This document shows positions 1 through 12,669 of a stretch of DNA of 64,000 nt, piece after piece (the first letter of the stretch is position 1; each line of letters opens with the position of its first letter). Position numbers and translations under genes: made by a program. The stretch comes from Octopus sinensis (lineage: Eukaryota), in NCBI RefSeq assembly GCF_006345805.1, contig NC_043017.1:12958001-13022000 (forward strand). The letters run 5' to 3'. The notes beneath the pieces were generated by a model. It was not told where the DNA came from. It was given only the letters and a program-made list of their open reading frames with translations, and made no database searches.

Positions 1-320
1 GCTCGTGAAATTAACGTGTAAGTGGCTGAGCACTCCACAGACACGTGCACCCTTAACGTAGTTCTCAGGGATATTCAGCGTGACACAGAGAGTGACAAGG
101 CCGGCCCCTTGAAATACAGGTACAACAGAAACAGGAAGTAAGAGTGAGAGAAAGTTGTGGTGAAAGAGTACATCAGGGATCACCACCACCCCTTGCCGGA
201 GCCTCGTGGAGCTTTAGGTGTTTTCGCTCAATAAACACTCACAACGCCCGGTCTGGGAATCGAAACCGCGATACTATGACCGCGAGTCCGCTGCCCTAAC
301 CACTGGGCCATTGTGCCTCC
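1..320 (-). mobile_element. tRNA-derived SINE family S2 (GTGGAGGCGCAATGG head), cut by the window edge
   Basis: A box/B box (GGTTTCGATTCC) head; matches other copies. Confidence 0.85.
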
Positions 321-639
321 TGTATATATGTATATATATGTGTATGCATATGTGTGGTGTGTGCATGTGTTTGTGTATCTGTGCTTGTCACCCCAACATC
401 ATTTGACAACCAATGCTGGTGTGTTTACGTCCCCGTTACTCAGCGGTTCGGCAAAAGATACCGTTAGAATAAGTACTAGGCTTACAAAGAATAAGTCCTA
501 GGCTCCATTTGCATCTACTAAAGGTGGTGCTCCAGCATGGCCGCTGTCAAATGACTGAAACAAGTAAAGGAATACAATTCCTAATAGTATTTAATTATAA
601 AAAAATATAGTAGGATTTTTTAAAACATCAAATGATATA

Positions 640-720
<81 letters not shown>

Positions 721-1164
721 TTGTGAGTCTGTGTTTGTCCCCCTAGCATTGCTTGACAACCGATGCTGGTGTGTTTACGTCCCCGTCACTTAGCGGTTCG
801 GCAAAAAGAGACTGGGCTTTTGTAAGCCCAGTACTTATTCTGTCGGTCTCTTTTAACGAACCGCTAAGTAACGGGGACATAAACACACCAGCATCGGTTG
901 TCAAGCAATGCTAGGGGGACAAACACAGACACACAAACACACACACGCATATATGTGAACCATCAAATGAGGGTTCACACAGGTAAATAGAAATCAATGG
1001 GGTCTATCAGGGGGAAATGGTTGAGGATCACTGGGTTAATCTATGCTGTGGGGTAGGGATAGACATAAAAATTAATGAATGAACACACACACCATCTTCC
1101 TCTCACTACCACCATTGCCATCATCATCTTAATTATCGTCATACAAGTCTTTTTCTTTCTTTCT

Positions 1165-1363
1165 TTTTAACTTGTTTCAGTCATTTGACTGCGGCCATGC
1201 TGGAGCACCGCCTTTAGTCGAGCAAATCGACCCCAGGACTTATTCTTTGTAAGCCCAGTACTTATTCTATCAGTCTCTTTTTGCCGAACCGCTAAGTGAC
1301 GGGGGACCTAAACACACCAGCATCGGTTGTCAAACAATGCTAGGGGGACAAACACACACACAC

Positions 1364-1395
<32 letters not shown>

Positions 1396-1793
1396 GGCAG
1401 AAACGTTAGCACACCGGGTGAAATGCTTAGCGGTATTGCGTCTGTTCAAATTCCGCTGAGGTCGACTTTGCCTTTCATCCTTTCGGGGTCAATAAATTAA
1501 GTACCAGTTACGCACTGGGGTCGATGTAATTGACTTACTCCGTTTGTCTGTCCTTGTTTGTCCCCTCTATGTTTAGCCCCTTGTGGGCAATAAAGAATCA
1601 CATATATATATATATATACATATATACGACGGGCTTCTTTCAGTTTCCGTCTACCAAATCCACTCACAAGGCATTGGTCGGCCCGAGGCTATAGCAGAAG
1701 ACACTTGCCCAAGATGCCACGCAGTGGGACTGAACCCAAAACCATGTGGTTGATAAGAAGGCTATTTACTACTACACAGCCCCTCCTGTGCCT
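1165..1793 (-). mobile_element. SINE family S1 (AGGCGCAGGAGTGGCTGTGTGG head, central TA/TG microsatellite) with a nested S3 SINE (1396-1597, +)
   Basis: tRNA-like head, CORE-like CACCTTGGGCAAGTG, GACTGAAACAAGTAAA tail. Confidence 0.85.
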
Positions 1794-1861
1794 AACAAGT
1801 GTTCAATAATTTTTTATAATAATAAGTAAATTTCTTTGTCTTATTTTTCTTTCGTTGCAAG

Positions 1862-1998
1862 GCCTTGCTTAACAGAAAATTAAAGGATGAGGAAAGCCAT
1901 CGGGAAGATTCTAAACTACTGTCATGCAGTGGTCCCTCGAAGCTGCCTCCTACGCACAAACTGTCGGAAAATATCCAGAAAGAGGAAGAGATCCCCAA
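1862..1998 (+). CDS. CCDC180: CCDC180-like internal coding exon A (phase 0-2)
   Basis: ttgcaAG acceptor, GTAAGA donor; open frame ALLNRKLKDEESHRED...EEEIP; phase matches exon B. Poorly conserved sequence, so assigned by linkage. Confidence 0.75.
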
Positions 1999-2055
1999 GT
2001 AAGAGAAGAGAAAGAAAAACCCATTTTGTTTTTGTTAACATTGATTGTCTGAATG

Positions 2056-2439
2056 TGGAAGCACTCCGTCGGTTACGACGATGAGGGTTCCGGTTGATCC
2101 GATCAACGGAACAGCCTGCTCGTGAAATTAACGTGTAAGTGGCTGAGCACTCCACAGACACGTGTACCTTAACGTAGTTCTCGGGGATATTCAGCGTGAC
2201 ACAGAGAGTGACAAGGCCGGCCCTTTGAAATACAGGTACAACAGAAATAGGAAGTAAGAGTGAGAGAAAGTTGTGGCGAAAGAGTACAGCAGGGATCACC
2301 ACCATCCCTGCCGGAGCCTCGTGGAGCTTTTTAGGTGTTTTTGCTCAATAAACACTCACAACGCCCGGTCTGGGAATCGAAACCACGATCCTACGACCGC
2401 GAGTCTGCTGCCCTAACCACTGGGCCATTGCGCCTCCAC
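2056..2439 (-). mobile_element. SINE S2, full length
   Basis: Complete head to GAGTGCTTCCA tail; TGTCTG(A/T)ATG TSD. Confidence 0.9.
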
Positions 2440-2548
2440 TGTCTGTATGTATGATGTAACTGTAGGAAGAGTGGTTGTCTTGGTGACCGTGAAAGTAGTG
2501 ATGGTTGAAGTTGTACAGCCACAGGACATGATGAGATTAAGTGTTTAA

Positions 2549-2767
2549 CCCTTTAGCATTTAAACCGGCCATATCCGGCCCAAATATTCCACCCTTTTTA
2601 TGTTCAGACCAGCCAGATCTGACCTCTCACACGTACCCTAAAATGTCATTCAAAAAACGATCAATCACATCATTGAAATCTCGAAGCTATGAGATAAGCC
2701 ATGATTAAATCAAAACAATGTGAATAAATAAGCATTATTTTCATAGAATAATCTGAATACTAAAGGG
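2549..2767. mobile_element. piggyBac-like MITE; a second copy at 2773-4997 is split by the RTE 3' array
   Basis: TTAA-CCCTTTAG...CTAAAGGG-TTA ends. Confidence 0.8.
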
Positions 2768-2945
2768 TTAGACCCTTTAGCATTTAACCCGGCCATATCC
2801 GGCCCAAATATTATACTTGTTTTATGTTCAAACAGGCCAGATCCGGCCTCTCACACATACCCTACAATGTCAATCTAAATATAAACACTCACCTCATCAA
2901 AATCTTGAAGCTACAAGATAATGCAGGATTAATTAAAAACAATCC

Positions 2946-4950
2946 GGATCGTGGCCGATGCCAGCCCCGCCTCGACTGGCTTCCATGTCGGTGGCACGTA
3001 AAAAGCACCATCCGAATCGTGGCCGATGCCTGCGCCGCCTTGACTGGCTTCCGTGTCGGTGGCACGTAAAAAGCACCATCCGAATCATGGCCGAAGCCAG
3101 CGCTGCCTCGACTGGCTTCCGTGTCGGTGGCACGTAAAAAGCACCATCCGAATCGTGGCCGAAGCCAGCGCCGCCTCGACTGGCTTTCCGTGCTGGTGGC
3201 ACGTAAAATGCACCATCCGAATCGTGGCCGAAGCCAGCCCCGCCTTGACTGGCTTCCGTGCCGGTGGCACGTAAAAAGCACCATCCGAATCGTGGCCGAA
3301 GCCAGCGCCGTCTCGACTGGCACCCGTGCCGGTGGCACGTAAAAAGCACCATCCGAATCGTGGCCGATGCCAGCCCCGCCTCGACTGGCTTCCGTGTCGG
3401 TGGCACGTAAAAAGCACCATCCGAATCGTGGCCGAAGCCAGCGCCGCCTCGACTGGCTTCCGTGCCGGTGGCACGTAAAAAGCACCATCCGAATCGTGGC
3501 CGAAGCCAGCGCCGTCTCGACTGGCTTCCGTGCCGGTGGCACGTAAAAAGCACCATCCGAATCGTGGCCGATGCCAGCCCCGCCTCGACTGGCTTCCGTG
3601 TCGGTGGCACGTAAAAAGCACCATCCGAATCGTGGCCGAAGCCAGCGCCGCCTCGACTGGCTTCCGTGCCGGTGGCACGTAAAAAGCACCATCCGAATCG
3701 TGGCCGATGCCAGCGCCGCCTTGACTGCCTTCCGTGTCGGTGGCACGTAAAAAGCACCATCCGAATCGTGGCCGAAGCCAGCGCCGCCTCGACTGGCTTC
3801 CGTGTCGGTGGCACGTAAAAAGCACCATCCGAATCGTGGCCAATGCCAGCGCCGCCTTGACTGGCTTCCGTGTCGGTGGCACGTAAAAAGCACCATCCGA
3901 ATCGTGGCCGAAGCCAGCTCCACCTCGACTGGCTTCCGTGTCGGTGGCACGTAAAAAGCACCATCCGAATCGTGGCCGAAGCCAGCGCCGCCTCGACTGG
4001 CTTCCGTGTCGGTGGCACGTAAAAAGCACCATCCGTATCGTGGCCGATGCCAGCGCGCCTCGAATGGCTTCCGTGCCGGTGGCACGTAAAAAGCACCATC
4101 CGAATCGTGGCCGAAGCCAGCGCCGCCTCGACTGGCTTCCGTGTCGGTGGCACGTAAAAAGCACCATCCGAATCGTGGCCGAAGCCAGCGCCGCCTCTAC
4201 TGGCTTCCGTGCCGGTGGCACGTAAAAAGCACCATCCGAATCGTGGCCGAAGCCAGCGCCATCTCGACTGGCACCCGTGCCGGTGGCACATAAAAAGCAC
4301 CATCTGAATCGTGGCCGAAGCCAGCGCCGCCTCGACTGGCTTCCGTGCCGGTGGCACGTAAAAAGCACCATCCGAATCGTGGCCGAAGCCAGCACCGCCT
4401 CGACTGGCTTCCGTGTCGGTGGCACGTAAAAAGCACCATCCGAATCGTGGCCGAAGCCAGCGCCGCCTAGACTGGCTTCCGTGCCGGTGGCACGTAAAAA
4501 GCACCATCCGAATCGTGGCCGATGCCAGCGCCGCCTCGACTGGCTTCCGTGTCGGTGGCACATAAAAAGCACCATCCGAATCGTGGCCGAAGCCAGTGCC
4601 GCCTCGACTGGCTTCCGTGCCGGTGGCACGTAAAAAGCACCATCCGAATCGTGGCCGAAGCCAGCGCCGCCTCGACTGGCTTCCGTGCTGGTGGCACGTA
4701 AAATGCACCAATCTGACCGTGGCCGATGCCAGCCTCGCCTGGCTCCAGTGCAGGTGGCACGTAAAAAGCACCCAACTACACTCACGGAGTGGTTGGCGTT
4801 AGGAAGGGCATCCAGCAGTAGAAACATTGCCAGATAAGACCGGAGCCTGGTGCAGCCTCCTGGCTTCCCAGATCCCCGGTCGAACCATCCAACCCATGCT
4901 AGCATGGAGAACGGACGTTAGACGATGATGATGATGATGATGATGATGAT
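2946..4950 (+). mobile_element. 5'-truncated RTE 3' UTR with about 27 tandem 68-bp units and (GAT)n tail
   Basis: Unit GTGGCACGTAAAAAGCACCATCCGAATCGTGGCCGAAGCCAGCGCCGCCTCGACTGGCTTCCGTGTCG; terminal segment matches the 3' end of the RTE at 33714-34260. Confidence 0.9.
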
Positions 4951-5512
4951 GAATAAATAAGCATTACATTTGGCTGAGAAATCTGAATGCTAAAAGGTTA
5001 AAGGGAAACAACTCTGTCTCCGTAAAAATAAAAGTCATTGAACTTCTTTGCCACATAACCATGCCCGGTATATTCTGTGGAGTGGTTGGCTTTCGGAAGG
5101 GCAGCTGGTCATAGAAATTGAACCAAACAGACTGAAAGTCTGGTGCAGCTCTTTGGCTGACCAGTATTGGTCAAACCATCTAACCCATGCCAGAACGGAA
5201 AACGACAGGTGTTAAACAATGATGATGATGATGACGATAATTGATATAATAAATGGAATTTCAATAATAAATCTTAGAGCAAGTTATAATACTCGGAAAC
5301 TCGAGTCCGTGTGTATCATAAGTTGAAGACGGGAAGGATGGCTTCCCTTTGCAAATACTGATAGGGCACAGAAAGTGTGTCTATAGCCAGCTGGAGGAGG
5401 TGTCCTCCTGGGGCTACAAACTACAGTAGCATTCACCCTTAGGGGTTAGCCATATTTAAATGGCAAATATACGTCACAAAATGGAATTTGATTTTATTAT
5501 TTCTAATTTCAG

Positions 5513-5601
5513 GAAGTTTCTATGTTACCCAGAGACCAGACCTATAAATTATGCTCTGAATGCTGAAGTCGGTGAAGTCAATGCTCTACCAGAACTCGTA
5601 G
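5513..5601 (+). CDS. CCDC180: CCDC180-like exon B (2-1)
   Basis: tttcAG/GTCAGT; KFLCYPETRPINYALNAEVGEVNALPELV, resembling the recalled human EVRGLMDTIV segment. Confidence 0.85.
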
Positions 5602-6342
5602 GTCAGTTTTTTTGTTGTCTTTTTTTTAATATTTTTTTTTTACTTTTTGTAAACCACTTAACCCTTTTACTGTGACTATCAGTTATGTCCTCCCCAAATT
5701 TCACCACCCTCAACTGCGGAAAACTGTTTTATATACCAATCTACCTTTCTTTGTAGAATGCTATATTTGAAACTATTGTCTGTTGAGAAATGTCATTTTT
5801 AAAAATTTAGTTTGTTTCAGACCTTTGACTGCAGCCATGCTGGGGTGCCACCCTGGAACTTATTTTTGTTGAGTCTAGTACTTATTCTATCAGTCTTTTT
5901 TGCCAAACCACTAAGTCACATGGCACCAGCACTGGGGAGGTCTGTTTTGGCATGGTTTTTACAGCTAGATGCCCTTCCTAATGCCAACCACTTTACAGTG
6001 TGGGCTGTAAATCGCCAAGTAACTGAAATGACAATGATCCTTTGGGTGGGGGGATATTGGAAGAGATGGCCTTGTGCCAGATTATCAATGGTTAGAGTGT
6101 TACAGAGGGACAGAAACAGGTGTTTTGCTGTATAGGAGATATATGGTTACCCAGAGAGAGAGAGTGAATACAAGAAATTAATGTGTACACTTACAAGGCA
6201 TTGATCAGCCTAGGGCTATTATAGAAAACACTGGTACTAGGGTCTGCACCATTGGATTGAACCCAAACCCATGTCATTGTGAAATGGATTTCTTAACCAC
6301 ACATCTGTGGGTTGTAGTTAAGAAGTTTTACTTCCAAGTACT

Positions 6343-6775
6343 ATGTCTGGCAGTAGGACTCTGCGCCATGCCACATAAGCAGGAGAACCCAGTCGTGGCT
6401 GTCAGACAATTTCTGCGACCACATCACCCCTAAAATCTGGCCACATAACTCTCCAGACTGCAACCCCCTTAATTGTTATGTGTGGAGCGCAGTTTAGCTA
6501 GAGACCAACAAAACTCCTTGTAACACCAAAGATGAACTGAAGGTAAGGATTAATGCAGCATTCACCAACTTAAACAAGATGGCCCTCCAGAAGAGTTACA
6601 GCAGATTCCCATGTCATCTAGAGACCATGATTGAAGCCAATGGCGATTTTATTGAATAAATTTACTCTTTAGTATTTCAAGATATTTTTTATGTAATTTT
6701 GGTAAATATATCTGTTAAAATCAGATGAGTTAAAATGGGTGTTATTTTCATTTTTGCATAATTTAGACAAGCTGT
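6343..6775 (+). mobile_element. Fragment of the same Tc1/mariner family
   Basis: Near-identical to 13430-13750. Confidence 0.8.
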
Positions 6776-7548
6776 CCAACCTGTCAGCACAGAACTTGGA
6801 CATTAAATGATGATGATGATGATGTGTGTGTATGTGCATGTATGCTTATGTATGTGTGTGTTTGTTTCTCTTTGTCTTGACATCACGTTATTGTTGTAGA
6901 TGAAAGCCATTCATTTCCGGATTTCTGTGGTAACGTGTTTGGTGATGGGAAAATACTTCCGCTGAGTGGAAACTGGTAAGAGTTGGTGACAGGAAGGGCA
7001 CCCAGCTATAGAAAATCTGCTTCAATAAACCCTGTTTGGCCCGTGCCATCATGGGAAAGGAGGACGATGATGCAGATGCTCTGTAGTGTTCAGGGTCTAT
7101 TTACATTAGCAATGCTTGTTAAATGTATGCATGTATATTTATGTAGTGACGTCATTCTTCAGTGTGAATGTGCGGGGCTGGAACCTTCTGGAAAGGCCTA
7201 AGGAAGTTCCCTAATGCACATGCGCTAAGAACTGGGAACGAGAATTCTATGGCGTTCGTTGAAGAGAGAAGACGTGTTTAACATGTTATCAGCCTATTCT
7301 CCTGTCCCAGATGCTTGGGATTTGACCGGCTCTGTTGCTGCTGGAGTTGTTGTGAGGTTTATCTTTACAAATGTTTAACTTCAGTCTTGCTGTACCTACA
7401 CCAAGTGGTTACCAATTTACTAACGTGCCTTCTTTATGTAAATAACGAAATAAAGTGTCATATTTTCTAAGGTTGCTTTCTTGTTCCTGACGCCGGTAGT
7501 TTTTTGGAATCAAAGAAGGAAATTGTGTTGCACCCAAACAGTGCAAAT

Positions 7549-7950
7549 AGGCGCAGGCGTGGCTGTGTGGTAAGAAGCTTGCTTCCCAACCACATGGTTC
7601 CGGGTTCAGTCCCACCGCTGGCATCTTGGGCAAGTGTCCTCTGCTATAGCCTCGGGCCGACCAAAGCCATGTGAGTGGATTTGGTAGATGGAAACTGAAA
7701 GAAGCCTGTCGTATATATGTATATATATATGTGTGTTTGTGTGCCTGTGTTTGTCCCCCTAGCATTGCTTGACAACCAATGCTGGTGTGTTTACGTCCCT
7801 GTCACTTAGCGGTTTGGCAAAAGAGACCAATAGAATAAGTACTGGGCTTACAAAGAATAAGTCCCAGGGTCGATTTGCTTGATTAAAGGCAGTGCTCCAG
7901 CATGGCCGCAGTCAAATGACTGAAACAAGTAAAACAGTAAAACAGTAAAC
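7549..7950 (+). mobile_element. SINE S1, full length
   Basis: Same head and tail. Confidence 0.9.
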
Positions 7951-8082
7951 AGTGCAAAAGACCCAACCTGTTCCAGACAGTTCCTTTACATTTACTACTC
8001 CTCCCCTGCTGTAATAGTTCTTCAATTAATTATCATTAGCTAAATTAAGGAAATATAATTTTTTAACCATCTTTTATTGTAG

Positions 8083-8137
8083 TTGACAAGCATTCATCTG
8101 ATGTTGCCAAGAGAATCAAAGACAAACGACTAAAACT
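8083..8137 (+). CDS. CCDC180: CCDC180-like exon C (1-2)
   Basis: ttgtAG/GTAAGT; VDKHSSDVAKRIKDKRLK; phases fit both neighbours. Confidence 0.85.
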
Positions 8138-8171
8138 GTAAGTAATTTATTTTTCTTTTTTTCTAAACAGT

Positions 8172-8535
8172 TCTTAATGAAGACGAAAGGGAAGATCTGT
8201 AAGAGTTGTGTGAGAGCTGCGATGCTGTATGAGAGTGAGATATGGTGTTTGAGGGAGAAAGAGATGGCAATTTTGTGAAGGACTGAGAGAGCAATGGTGA
8301 GAGAAATGTTTGGCGTGAGGCTGTTTTGGTAAGAGGAGGACTGAGGATTTGATGAGGATGCTGGGGTTGGAGGAATCGGTGGAACGGCTGGCAAGGGCAA
8401 ATGGAGTGTGGCAGTATGGGCAAGTGTTGGGGAGTGTGTTTTGAAGATTGGTGCTAGAGCTTGAGGTAAATAGACAGCGAAAGCGAGGTAGACCGAAGAA
8501 AAAATGTGGAGCGAACTGGTGGAGGAGGTGTGAGT
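8172..8535 (+). mobile_element. Degenerate RTE LINE C-terminal fragment
   Basis: KGKICKSCVRAAMLYESEIWCLREKEMAIL. Confidence 0.75.
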
Positions 8536-9162
8536 TTGAGGGACATTTGACAGTTACTTTTAGTAAATCAAGTCACTACATAGATGTGATGTTGTTTTGC
8601 TAACAGTTCTATGATCAAATGTAGATGTTCATTTTCAAAGATGGTAGGGGTATGATTTGGCTGTTATTTTGGGCATGTCAGGTAATTATGTTGGGGGCTT
8701 CCCCATGATGTTGTTGTTTAGTCTCCAGGTCAGTCTTTACAGAGCAGATTTATGGGGCTCAGCTCAGCTTGGCTTGGCTCAGCTCAACTTGGCTCCACTT
8801 GAATTGGCTCAGCTCGGCTTGGATCAGCCCATTGGCTCAGCTGCCCTTTCCCACAAGGGATATTGGGCAGAGAAGATGGCTGGATGGAAATATTCATGTA
8901 ATGTAGAAATTTGGACAGTGAGGCAGTTCTTGGAATGAAGGGCTGCTCGTGAGATTTTGGAGGTAGGCTGAGATGAGATCAAGCTTTTCACAATTGGAAG
9001 TAAGATGTAAATAACTGGTTAGAAAAGTCCCTTAACTCAACGCATCTATTACAAAGGTTTCTGCCAATATAGATCATTACTAATGGTTTCTGGTTCCTTC
9101 TGTTTTACTTTATTACAAAAATCAGTTCAGAGCCTTGTATAATGATATCCATTCTTTTCTAG

Positions 9163-9214
9163 ACACGAGGCATCTCTGGAAGATATGTACCAGGATCTTG
9201 GGGTCATCAATTCT
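9163..9214 (+). CDS. CCDC180: CCDC180-like exon D (2-0)
   Basis: ttttctAG/GTAAGT; HEASLEDMYQDLGVINS vs recalled human YESALASFQEEIAQVGK. Confidence 0.85.
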
Positions 9215-9323
9215 GTAAGTTTCTTGTATTTAATAATCTGTGTAATGCTTCCTTGATTTTGGATCATTTTTTCTCTTCTTGGATATTTCTCATGATTGAA
9301 TATAATAATAATAATAATAATAA

Positions 9324-9530
9324 TATTATTAATAATTGTGTACAGTGCTCAGATGCACTACAACTCATCTAAAGTGTATATATAATCAGGTGTAGTTTCG
9401 GCGGATTTCGGAAAGCATGAGGGCCTTAAAGGAAGCAGTGTCATGGCAGTCAACAACTGACGCAGGCAGTTTGTTCCATGCTTCAGCAACTCTGAGCGTG
9501 AAGAAATGTTTCCGAAAGTCATGGGATCAC
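9324..9530 (-). mobile_element. CR1/L2-like LINE 3' fragment
   Basis: Minus frame KHFFTLRVAEAWNKLPASVVDC; the same terminus recurs near 46860. Confidence 0.7.
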
Positions 9531-10402
9531 ATGGAGATCAAAAAGGTGTTCAGTGTTGTTGTTGGTGAGGTGGTTGATAACTTTGTGGGTGTTTACCATT
9601 CCAGTTAGTTGTCCATTCCTAAATTTGAACCTTCATTGTTCCTAACTAAGTTCTTCTGTTCAAACCATTTTCTTGTTTCTATTGATAATTCTTCCTGTTT
9701 GATGTAGCTTGCGTTTATTTAGATAATTATTTCTAGCAACCAAACAATAAGATGTTATACATTGCTGGTCACAATGTGCTTCCTCTTGTTGTTGAAGCTT
9801 TCAAATGATGCCATCCTCCACTGGTTAGGCAAGTAGACCAACATTCCCCTGAATGGAAAGCTAGTCCACCACAGGGTTACCTATTTATAGCTGAATTGAC
9901 TGAAGCGACAGGAAATGAAGTACTTTGCTCAACATAACATGCTGCTGGTCTGAGAACCAAAACCAGTCTTGCAAAACTGAGTAAATATAAATTGAATACT
10001 CTATACTTTGTCTGGTGGCCATGGCAAAAATTTGAAAGTTTTGAGATCCGACACTTTCTTCTTTGAAGAAGACTTTATCATCTTCAAATTCTTCAAGTAA
10101 CACTTGAAGAAGAAGGTAAAGAGTGGTGAGTATAGACTAAGGAAAACTGCTGAAGCGGGCCCTTTCCTTTGACAGTAAAGGTGATCTAGGATCTTTGAGT
10201 TTGCTGATTGGTTCCAGATTGCTCCTTGTTGGTCATCTGTTCTATTCCAAAGTTAACTTTGGCATTCATCCCTCCAAGATTGATAAAATAAACTAGCAGT
10301 CAAATACTGGGGTCAATGTAGTTGACTTTCCTGCTCCCATAAAATTGCAGGCCTTCTACTAAATATTTGAAACCCTACTTTTTTTTTAAAATTTTTTAAT
10401 AG

Positions 10403-10507
10403 AACATTGAAGTTATGCTTGAAAATTGCTGCAAACATTTCTCTGAGAAGGTGACGAACATCGACAAAATTACAGAAAGCCTGCTTGATATCGATGCAAC
10501 TGATAAG
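10403..10507 (+). CDS. CCDC180: CCDC180-like exon E (0-0)
   Basis: ttaatAG/GTATCA; NIEVMLENCCKHFSEKVTNIDKITESLLDIDATDK. Confidence 0.8.
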
Positions 10508-10603
10508 GTATCATTTTAATTTTCTTACAGTTCAAGATGGATAGATGACAATGCTGTTACTGTGAGCTGCAACAATGTTGGGGTGCTCTAGCATTTTGGT
10601 TAA

Positions 10604-11034
10604 CCCCTTACCCGGCAGAAACGAATATATGCGTTTTGACCGAAATCATTTTTTTTCTATCTCTGGCGAGTTAACTCGTCAAAAGATAGACTCGCCAAAA
10701 TCGACAGCAAACGAGTTCCTTTTAACCCCTTACCCGGCAGAAACGAATATATGCGTTTTGACCGAAATCATTTTTTTTCTATCTCTGGCGAGTTAACTCG
10801 TCAAAAGATAGACTCGCCAAAATCGACAGCAAACGAGTTCCTTCGTCTAAAAACGGGTTAACTCGTTTCTGCCCAAAGCGGTAATTTAAAATCAATATTA
10901 TTGAATTAAAATTCATAATAAATAAGGTTTGAAATATACCTCGAAATCACCATTCAAAACATAGTAAAATAAAACAATTAAAAATTATGTCTGAAAAAAT
11001 ACATTTATTTTCAAAATAATTGTTGGGTAAGGGG
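10604..11034. mobile_element. Second piggyBac-like MITE family with a tandemly duplicated left end (about 122 bp)
   Basis: TTAA-CCCCTTACCC...GGGTAAGGGG-TTAA; left end repeated at 10726. Confidence 0.8.
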
Positions 11035-11312
11035 TTAATGTAGTAGGAGCGGGCATGGCTGTGTGGTTAGGGAGCTTGCTTCCTAGCTACATGGTTTCGG
11101 GTTCAGTCCCACTGCGTGGCACTTTGGGTAGGTGTCTTCCACTATAGCCCCGAGTCGACTGAAGCTTTGTGATTGAATTCGGTAGGTGGAAGTTACTGCC
11201 GTGTGTGTATGTGTGCATATAGCTGCTCAGTGCCTCTCCGAAAGAGAGAGAGAGAGTGTGTCCTTTAAAGGAATCAAACATGGGATTCATAATTTATGAA
11301 AAAATACTTTAA

Positions 11313-11507
11313 CCCTTTAGTGATCAGATTATTCTGTCAAATGTAATGTTTGTTTATTTATATTGTTTTGAATTAATCCTACATTATCTTGTAGTTTAGA
11401 GATTGCAGTGATGTGATTTTTTAGTTTTAGAATGACATGGTAGGGCTGAGGTGAGAGACGAGATCTGGTTAGTTTGGCCGGATATGGCCGGTTTGAATGC
11501 TAAAGGG
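11313..11507. mobile_element. piggyBac-like MITE
   Basis: TTAA-CCCTTTAG...CTAAAGGG-TTAA. Confidence 0.8.
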
Positions 11508-11662
11508 TTAAGATGCATAACATATTTTATAGATATACCTGCTCAAGTACCGTAAAAGCATGAAACTATTAGTAACACTTTCAGTTGTGTATTTCTATTC
11601 ATATTTATCTCTCACTGGATGGAGTTCTTTTTCTATTGATTCTACCTCTATTGGATCTTTAA

Positions 11663-11881
11663 CCCTTTAGTATTTAAACCGGCCATATCCGGCCAAAATA
11701 GCTAATCTGTTTTATGTTCAAACTGACCAGATCCAGGCTCTCACACCTACCCTACAATGTTATTCTACATTAAGTAATTACACCATCAAGATCTTGAAGA
11801 TATGAGATAATGCATGATTAATTCAAAGCAATGGGAATCAATAGGCATTATGTTTGATTGAATAATCTGAACGCTAAAGGG
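11663..11881. mobile_element. piggyBac-like MITE
   Basis: TTAA-CCCTTTAG...CTAAAGGG-TTAA. Confidence 0.85.
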
Positions 11882-11987
11882 TTAAACTGTATATATGTGT
11901 GTGTGTGTGTATGGATGGACGGACGGAAGGATGCATGCACGAACACATATATGTAAAATGTATATTTTATTTATTTATTTAATTTTT

Positions 11988-12650
11988 TGGCTCAAAAAGC
12001 AAAAGCAAGGCCATGTAGGGGGACATGGAGTTATGTACAGGGAGGGTGTTCATACAAAGAGTTCCGGCCATTTCTGGTCAAGAGAGACTTTGAACCAAGC
12101 GGTCGTTAGGGGAACATGGAGTTATGTACAGGGAGGGTGTTCATGCAAAGAGTTCCGGCCATTTCTGGTCAAGAGAGACTTTGAACCGAGCGGTCGTTAG
12201 GGGGACATGGAGTTATGTACAGGGAGGGTGTTCATACAAAGAGTTCCAGCCATTTCTGGTCAAGAGAGACTTTGAACCAAGCGGTTGTTAGGGGGACATG
12301 GAGTTATGTACAGGGAGGGTGTTCATGCAAAGAGTTCCGGCCATTTCTGGTCAAGAGAGACTTTGAACCGAGCGGTCGTTAGGGGGACATGGAGTTATGT
12401 ACAGGGAGGGTGTTCATACAAAGAGTTCCGGCCATTTCTGGTCAAGAGAGACTTTGAACCAAGCGGTTGTTAGGGGGACATGGAGTTATGTACAGGGAGG
12501 GTGTTCATGCAAAGAGTTCCAGCCATTTCTGGTCAAGAGAGACTTTGAACCGAGCGGTCGTCGGCATCTTCACTAACTCGTCCGGCAGCTTATTCCACAG
12601 ATCCGCAACCCGGACAGAGAAAGCCCCTCTCCTTCGAACGTATGCGTACA
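11988..12650 (-). mobile_element. CR1-type LINE 3' end with its last 91 bp amplified six times
   Basis: Minus frame RRGAFSVRVADLWNKLPDELV; single-unit relative at 43886-44080. Confidence 0.8.
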
Positions 12651-12669
12651 TGTCTATGTCTCATTTCAG

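Noticed and set aside
2889-4905. CRISPR-like array and 400-600 aa ORFs
   Set aside because: Units are contiguous with no unique spacers, there are no cas genes, and the array is part of a LINE 3' UTR. The ORFs arise from a stop-poor repeat cycling through all frames.
10508-10530. 23-nt micro-intron after exon E (GT...ttacAG)
   Set aside because: Too short, and exon E joins exon F in frame with the expected homology.
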